64,000 bases of DNA from Eledone cirrhosa (taxonomy: Eukaryota): assembly GCA_964016885.1 (NCBI GenBank), contig OZ024742.1, positions 372,930,001-372,994,000 of the forward strand, in the 5' to 3' direction. The position numbers and the translations under genes were made by a program. The notes below the pieces were generated by a model. The model saw only the letters and a program-made list of their open reading frames with translations, was not told the origin of the DNA and did no database searches. Shown here piece after piece: positions 56,001 through 64,000 of this stretch. How positions within the stretch are numbered: the first letter of the stretch is position 1; each line of letters begins with the position of its first letter.

Positions 56001-59000
56001 ATATAAACTGTAAATCTCATTCTATAAACTGTAAATCTCTTTCTATATGAACTGTAAATCTCATTCTACATAAACTGTAAATCTCATTCTATATAAACTG
56101 TAAATCTCATTCTATATAAACTGTGAATCTCATTCTATATAAACTGTAAATCTCTTTCTATATAAACTGTAAATCTCATTCTATATAAACTGTAAATCTC
56201 ATTCTATAAACTGTAAATCTCTTTCTATATCAACTGTAAATCTCATTCTATATAAGCTGTAAATCTCATTCTATTAACTGTAAATCTCTTTCTTTATAAA
56301 CTGTAAATCTCATTCTATATAAATTGTATATATCATTCTATAAACTGTAAATCTCAATCTATAAACTGTAAATCTCTTTCTATATAAACTGTAAATCTCC
56401 TTCTATATGAACTGTAAATCTCATTCTATATAAACTGTAAATCTCATTCTATATAAATTGTAAATCTCATTCTATAAACTGTAAATCTCTTTCTATATAA
56501 ACTGTAAATCTCCTTCTATATAAGCTGTAAATCTCATTCTATTAACTGTAAATCTCTTTCTATATAAACTGTAAATCTCATTCTATATAAACTGTATATA
56601 TCATTCTATAAACTGTAAATCTCAGTCTATAAACTGTAAATCTCTTTCTATATAAACTGTAAATCTCCTTCTATATGAACTGTAAATCTCTTTCTATATA
56701 AACTGTAAATCTCATTCTATGTAAGCTGTAAATCTCATTCTATGAACTGTAAATCTCTTTCTATATAAACTGTAAATCTCATTCTATATAAACTGTAAAT
56801 CTCATTCTATGAACTGTAAATCTCTTTCTATATAAGCTGTAAATCTCATTCTATATAAACTGTAAATCTCTTTCTATATAAACTGTAAATATCATTCTAT
56901 ATAAACTGTGAATCTCATTCTATATAAACTGTAAATCTCTTTCTATATAAACTGTAAATCTCATTCTATTTAAACTGTAAATCTCATTCTATATAAACTG
57001 TAAATCTCTTTCTATATAAACTGTAAATCTGATTCTATATAAACTGTAAATCCCATTCTATAAACTGTAAATCTCTTTCTATATAACCTGTAAATCTCTT
57101 TCTATATAAACTGTAAATCTCTTGCTATAAACTGTAAATATCATTCTATATAACCTGTAAATCTCTTTCTATATAAACTCTGAATCTGATTCTATATAAA
57201 CTGTAACTCTCATTTTATATAAACTGTGAATCTCATTCTATATAAACTGTATATCTCATTCTATATAAACTGTAAATCTCAATCGATAAACTGTAAATCT
57301 CTTTATATATAAATTGTAAATCTCATTCTATATAAACTGAAAATCTCTTTCTATATAAACTGTAAATCTCATTCTATATAAACTGTAAATCTCATTCTAT
57401 AAACTGTAAATCTCTTTCTATCTAAACTGTAAATCTCATTCTACATAAACTGTAAATCTCTTTCTATATAAACTGTAAATCTCATTCTATATAAACTGTA
57501 AATCTCTTTCTATATAAACTGTAAATCTCATTCTATATAAACTGTAAATCTCATTCTATATAAACTGTGAATCTCATTCTATATAAACTGTATATCTCAT
57601 TCTATATAAACTGTAAATCTCATTCGATAAACTGTAAATCTCTTTTTATATAAACTGTAAATCTCAATCTATATAACCTGGAAATCTCTTTCTATAAACT
57701 GGAAATCTCATTCTATGAACTGTAAATCTCTTTCTATATAAACTGTAAATCTCATTCTATATAAACTGTAAATCTCATTCTATGAACTGTAAATCTCCTT
57801 CTATATAAACTGTAAATCTCATTCTACATAAACTGTAAATCTCTTTCTATATAAACTGTAAATCTCATTCTATAAACTGTAAATCTCTTTCTATATGAAC
57901 TGTAAATCTCATTCTACAGAAACTGTAAATCTCATTCTATATAAACTGTAAATCTCATTCTATATAAACTGTAAATCTCTTTCTAAATAAACTGTAAATC
58001 TCATTCTATATAAACTGTGAATCTCATTCTATATAAACTGGAAATCTCTTTCTATAAACTGTAAATCTCATTCTATAAACTGTAAATCTCTTTCTATATA
58101 AACTGTAAATCTCATTCTATATAAACTATAAATCTCATTCTATAAACTGTAAATCTCTTTCTATATAAACTGTAAATCTCATTCTATATAAACTGTAAAT
58201 CTCTTTCTATATAAACTGTAAATCTCATTCTATATAAACTGTAAATCTCATTCTATATAAACTGTGAATCTCATTCTATATAAACTGTATATCTCATTCT
58301 ATATAAACTGTAAATCTCATTCGATAAACTGTAAATCTCTTTTTATATAAACTGTAAATCTCATTCTATATAACCTGGAAATCTCTTTCTATAAACTGGA
58401 AATCTCATTCTATGAACTGTAAATCTCTTTCTATATAAACTGTAAATCTCATTCTATATAAACTGTAAATCTCATTCTATGAACTGTAAATCTCCTTCTA
58501 TATAAACTGTAAATCTCATTCTACATAAACTGTAAATCTCTTTCTATATAAACTGTAAATCTCATTCTATAAACTGTAAATCTCTTTCTATATGAACTGT
58601 AAATCTCATTCTACATAAACTGTAAATCTCATTCTATATAAACTGTAAATCTCATTCTATATAACCTGTAAATCTCTTTCTATATAAACTGTAAATCTCT
58701 TGCTATAAACTGTAAATATCATTCTATATAACCTGTAAATCTCTTTCTATATAAACTCTGAATCTGATTCTATATAAACTGTAACTCTCATTTTATATAA
58801 ACTGTGAATCTCATTCTATATAAACTGTATATCTCATTCTATATAAACTGTAAATCTCATTCGATAAACTGTAAATCTCTTTATATATAAACTGTAAATC
58901 TCATTCTATATAAACTGAAAATCTCTTTCTATATAAACTGTAAATCTCATTCTATATAAACTGTAAATCTCATTCTATAAACTGTAAATCTCTTTCTATC

Positions 59001-62000
59001 TAAACTGTAAATCTCATTCTACATAAACTGTAAATCTCTTTCTATATAAACTGTAAATCTCATTCTATATAAACTGTCAATCTCATTCTATATAAACTGT
59101 AAATCTATTTCTAAATAAACTGTAAATCTCATTCTATATAAACTGTGAATCTCATTCTATATAAACTGTAAATCTCACTCTATATAAACTGTAAATCTCA
59201 TTTGATAAACTGTAAATCTCTTTTTATATAAACTGTAAATCTCATTCTATATAAACTGGAAATCTCTTTCTATAAACTGTAAATCTCATTCTATAAACTG
59301 TAAATCTCTTTCTATATAAACTGTAAATCTCATTCTATATAAACTGTAAATCTCATTCTATGAACTGTAAATCTCCTTCTATATAAACTGTAAATCTCAT
59401 TCTACATAAACTGTAAATCTCTTTCTATATAAACTGTAAATCTCATTCTATAAACTGTAAATCTCTTTCTATATGAACTGTAAATCTCATTCTACATAAA
59501 CTGTAAATCTCATTCTATATAAACTGTAAATCTCATTCTATATAAACTGTAAATCTCTTTCTAAATAAACTGTAAATCTCATTCTATATAAACTGTGAAT
59601 CTCATTCTATATAAACTGTAAATCTCACTCTATATAAACTGTAAATCTCATTCGATAAACTGTAAATCTCTTTTTATATAAACTGTAAATCTCATTCTAT
59701 ATAAACTGTAAATCTCATTCTATAAACTGTAAATCTCTTTCTATATAAACTGTGAATCTCATTCTATATAAACTGTATATCTCATTCTATATAAACTGTA
59801 AATCTCATTCGATAAACTGTAAATCTCATTCTATATAAACTGTAAATCTCATTCTATATAAATTGTAAATCTCATTCTATAAACTGTAAATCTCTTTCTA
59901 TATAAACTGTAAATCTCCTTCTATATAAGCTGTAAATCTCATTCTATTAACTGTAAATCTCTTTCTATATAAACTGTAAATCTCATTCTATATAAACTGT
60001 ATATATCATTCTATAAACTGTAAATCTCAGTCTATAAACTGTAAATCTCTTTCTATATAAACTGTAAATCTCCTTCTATATGAACTGTAAATCTCTTTCT
60101 ATATAAACTGTAAATCTCATTCTATGTAAGCTGTAAATCTCATTCTATGAACTGTAAATCTCTTTCTATATAAACTGTAAATCTCATTCTATATAAACTG
60201 TAAATCTCATTCTATGAACTGTAAATCTCTTTCTATATAAGCTGTAAATCTCATTCTATATAAACTGTAAATCTCTTTCTATATAAACTGTAAATATCAT
60301 TCTATATAAACTGTGAATCTCATTCTATATAAACTGTAAATCTCTTTCTATATAAACTGTAAATCTCATTCTATGTAAACTGTAAATCTCATTCTATATA
60401 AACTGTAAATCTCTTTCTATATAAACTGTAAATCTGATTCTATATAAACTGTAAATCCCATTCTATAAACTGTAAATCTCTTTCTATATAACCTGTAAAT
60501 CTCTTTCTATATAAACTGTAAATCTCTTGCTATAAACTGTAAATATCATTCTATATAACCTGTAAATCTCTTTCTATATAAACTCTGAATCTGATTCTAT
60601 ATAAACTGTAACTCTCATTTTATATAAACTGTGAATCTCATTCTATATAAACTGTATATCTCATTCTATATAAACTGTAAATCTCAATCGATAAACTGTA
60701 AATCTCTTTATATATAAATTGTAAATCTCATTCTATATAAACTGAAAATCTCTTTCTATATAAACTGTAAATCTCATTCTATATAAACTGTAAATCTCAT
60801 TCTATAAACTGTAAATCTCTTTCTATCTAAACTGTAAATCTCATTCTACATAAACTGTAAATCTCTTTCTATATAAACTGTAAATCTCATTCTATATAAA
60901 CTGTAAATCTCTTTCTATATAAACTGTAAATCTCATTCTATATAAACTGTAAATCTCATTCTATATAAACTGTGAATCTCATTCTATATAAACTGTATAT
61001 CTCATTCTATATAAACTGTAAATCTCATTCGATAAACTGTAAATCTCTTTTTATATAAACTGTAAATCTCATTCTATATAACCTGGAAATCTCTTTCTAT
61101 AAACTGGAAATCTCATTCTATGAACTGTAAATCTCTTTCTATATAAACTGTAAATCTCATTCTATATAAACTGTAAATCTCATTCTATGAACTGTAAATC
61201 TCCTTCTATATAAACTGTAAATCTCATTCTACATAAACTGTAAATCTCTTTCTATATAAACTGTAAATCTCATTCTATAAACTGTAAATCTCTTTCTATA
61301 TGAACTGTAAATCTCATTCTACAGAAACTGTAAATCTCATTCTATATAAACTGTAAATCTCATTCTATATAAACTGTAAATCTCTTTCTAAATAAACTGT
61401 AAATCTCATTCTATATAAACTGTGAATCTCATTCTATATAAACTGGAAATCTCTTTCTATAAACTGTAAATCTCATTCTATAAACTGTAAATCTCTTTCT
61501 ATATAAACTGTAAATCTCATTCTATATAAACTATAAATCTCATTCTATAAACTGTAAATCTCTTTCTATATAAACTGTAAATCTCATTCTATATAAACTG
61601 TAAATCTCTTTCTATATAAACTGTAAATCTCATTCTATATAAACTGTAAATCTCATTCTATATAAACTGTGAATCTCATTCTATATAAACTGTATATCTC
61701 ATTCTATATAAACTGTAAATCTCATTCGATAAACTGTAAATCTCTTTTTATATAAACTGTAAATCTCATTCTATATAACCTGGAAATCTCTTTCTATAAA
61801 CTGGAAATCTCATTCTATGAACTGTAAATCTCTTTCTATATAAACTGTAAATCTCATTCTATATAAACTGTAAATCTCATTCTATGAACTGTAAATCTCC
61901 TTCTATATAAACTGTAAATCTCATTCTACATAAACTGTAAATCTCTTTCTATATAAACTGTAAATCTCATTCTATAAACTGTAAATCTCTTTCTATATGA

Positions 62001-63846
62001 ACTGTAAATCTCATTCTACATAAACTGTAAATCTCATTCTATATAAACTGTAAATCTCATTCTATATAACCTGTAAATCTCTTTCTATATAAACTGTAAA
62101 TCTCTTGCTATAAACTGTAAATATCATTCTATATAACCTGTAAATCTCTTTCTATATAAACTCTGAATCTGATTCTATATAAACTGTAACTCTCATTTTA
62201 TATAAACTGTGAATCTCATTCTATATAAACTGTATATCTCATTCTATATAAACTGTAAATCTCATTCGATAAACTGTAAATCTCTTCATATATAAACTGT
62301 AAATCTCATTCTATATAAACTGAAAATCTCTTTCTATATAAACTGTAAATCTCATTCTATATAAACTGTAAATCTCATTCTATAAACTGTAAATCTCTTT
62401 CTATCTAAACTGTAAATCTCATTCTACATAAACTGTAAATCTCTTTCTATATAAACTGTAAATCTCATTCTATATAAACTGTCAATCTCATTCTATATAA
62501 ACTGTAAATCTATTTCTAAATAAACTGTAAATCTCATTCTATATAAACTGTGAATCTCATTCTATATAAACTGTAAATCTCACTCTATATAAACTGTAAA
62601 TCTCATTTGATAAACTGTAAATCTCTTTTTATATAAACTGTAAATCTCATTCTATATAAACTGGAAATCTCTTTCTATAAACTGTAAATCTCATTCTATA
62701 AACTGTAAATCTCTTTCTATATAAACTGTAAATCTCATTCTATATAAACTGTAAATCTCATTCTATGAACTGTAAATCTCCTTCTATATAAACTGTAAAT
62801 CTCATTCTACATAAACTGTAAATCTCTTTCTATATAAACTGTAAATCTCATTCTATAAACTGTAAATCTCTTTCTATATGAACTGTAAATCTCATTCTAC
62901 ATAAACTGTAAATCTCATTCTATATAAACTGTAAATCTCATTCTATATAAACTGTAAATCTCTTTCTAAATAAACTGTAAATCTCATTCTATATAAACTG
63001 TGAATCTCATTCTATATAAACTGTAAATCTCACTCTATATAAACTGTAAATCTCATTCGATAAACTGTAAATCTCTTTTTATATAAACTGTAAATCTCAT
63101 TCTATATAAACTGTAAATCTCATTCTATAAACTGTAAATCTCTTTCTATATAAACTGTGAATCTCATTCTATATAAACTGTATATCTCATTCTATATAAA
63201 CTGTAAATCTCATTCGATAAACTGTAAATCTCTTTTTATATAAACTGTAAATCTCTTTCTATATAAACTGTAAATCTCATTCTATATAAACTGTTAATCT
63301 CTTTCTATATAAACTGTAAATTTCATTCTATAAACTCTAAATCTCTTTCTATATAAACTGTAAATCTCATTCTATATAGAATGTAAATCTCTTTCTATAT
63401 AAACTGTAAATCTCATTCTATATAAACTGAATCTCATTCTATATAAACTGTAAATCTCTTTCTATATAAACTGTAAATCTCATTCTATATAAACTGTAAA
63501 TCTCCTTCTATATAAACTGTAAATCTCATTCTATAAACTGTAAATCTCTTTCTATATAAACTGTAAATCTCATTCTATATAAGCTGTAAATCTCATTCTA
63601 TTAACTGTAAATCTCATTCTATATAAACTGTAAATCTCATTCTATATAAACTGTATATATCATTCTATAAACTGTAAATCTCAGTCTATAAACTGTAAAT
63701 CTCTTTCTATATAAACTGTAAATCTCTTTCTATATGAACTGTAAATCTCTTTCTATATAAACTGTAAATCTCATTCTATATAAGCTGTAAATCTCATTCT
63801 ATGAACTGTAAATCTCTTTCTATATAAACTGTAAATCTCATTCTAT
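41080..63846. repeat. Near-identical ~10.3-kb blocks duplicated at a 12,461-bp offset (~41080-51385 / ~53541-63846)
   Basis: Constant offset of 12461 for TCTTTCTTTA (41281/53742 and 43826/56287), CATTCTATTT (44501/56962), TCTCAATCTATAT (45201/57662), CTCTTCAT (49821/62282) and TAGAATG (G 50918/63379). Alignment breaks near 51386/63847. Confidence 0.93.
41450..62100. repeat. Seven copies of a ~2.1-kb shared core inside 2,545/3,405/3,966-bp higher-order units, with an internal 697-bp duplication
   Basis: AATCG at 42275, 44820, 48225, 52191, 54736, 57281, 60686 and CAGAAAC at 42911, 45456, 48861, 52827, 55372, 57917, 61322 both give spacings 2545, 3405, 3966, 2545, 2545, 3405. CCTGGAAAT pairs lie 697 bp apart (42671/43368 and 45216/45913). 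Confidence 0.9.
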
Positions 63847-64000
63847 ATAAACTGTAAATCTCATTCTATGAACTGTAAATCTCTTTCTATATAAATTGTA
63901 AATCTCATTCTATATAAACTGTAAATCTCTTTCTATATAAACTGTAAATTTCATTCTATGAACTGTAAATCTCTTTCTATATAAACTGTAAATCTCATTC

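Larger units (their letters stand above)
1..64000. repeat. Tandem satellite array, 23-bp monomer AAACTGTAAATCTC[A/T]TTCTATAT with common 21-bp variant; extends beyond both window ends
   Basis: Positions 1-23 (TATATAAACTGTAAATCTCATTC) repeat from position 24 and the pattern continues in the same orientation to 64000. The 21-bp form AAACTGTAAATCTCATTCTAT lacks one TA. About 2,800 copies estimated from length divided by ~22.5. No non-repeat sequence seen. Confidence 0.99.

Noticed and set aside
1-64000. CRISPR array (23-bp repeats)
   Set aside because: Repeats abut directly with no unique spacers, leader or cas genes. Variation is point substitution within monomers.
1-64000. Repetitive protein-coding ORF on either strand
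   Set aside because: The + strand has two TAA per monomer and the 23-bp period shifts frame, closing all three frames within about two monomers. The - strand has TAG in nearly every monomer plus TGA in A-types. The open frame RMRFTVY would need long runs of 21-mers, which do not occur.
1-64000. Telomerase-made long telomeric repeat (as in 23-bp Candida telomeres)
   Set aside because: There is no G-rich telomeric motif. Variants are inherited in kb-scale duplicated blocks, which indicates recombination or duplication rather than re-synthesis from a single RNA template.
1-64000. A/T and 21/23 pattern as a digital code or diversity-generating cassette system
   Set aside because: The ordering is adequately explained by nested tandem duplications. 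No reader, recombinase, reverse transcriptase or target gene is present in the window.
1-64000. Functional promoters from the TATATAAA matches
   Set aside because: These are intrinsic to the monomer with no downstream gene, so they are not annotated as regulatory features and are kept only as a low-interest hypothesis.
1-64000. Pure sequencing noise or a synthetic low-complexity artefact
   Set aside because: Rare variants recur at exact, consistent offsets across multiple markers, which random error would not produce. Over-expansion of individual near-identical copies during assembly remains possible.
1-64000. Phased A-tract curved DNA or replication iterons
   Set aside because: A/T tracts are only about 3 bp long and spaced about 7 bp apart, out of phase with the 10.5-bp helix. 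Iterons occur in a few copies next to a rep gene, not thousands.

Overview
The whole 64 kb window is one uninterrupted, head-to-tail, AT-rich satellite array with no unique sequence. The consensus monomer is 23 bp, AAACTGTAAATCTC[A/T]TTCTATAT (5/23, about 22% GC), with a frequent 21-bp form lacking one TA, giving roughly 2,800 monomers all in the same orientation. I find no ORF, RNA gene, CRISPR spacer or transposon. The informative content is the order of variant monomers, which shows nested higher-order structure: an A/T-dimorphic dimer/trimer grammar (46 and 67 bp), recurring ordered cassettes of 10-20 variant monomers, and kb-scale tandem duplications. Offsets measured from diagnostic variants are about 3.76-3.87 kb, about 2.9-3.0 kb, 2,610 bp, 3,042 bp (with a nested 1,556 bp), 2,545/3,405/3,966 bp (with a nested 697 bp) and 12,461 bp. 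Duplications become more exact toward the right end, where the largest one lies. This resembles a layered, actively expanding higher-order-repeat satellite, most plausibly eukaryotic heterochromatic or centromeric DNA (inference). Organism and function cannot be determined from the sequence, and I cannot support a novel gene-encoded system here.
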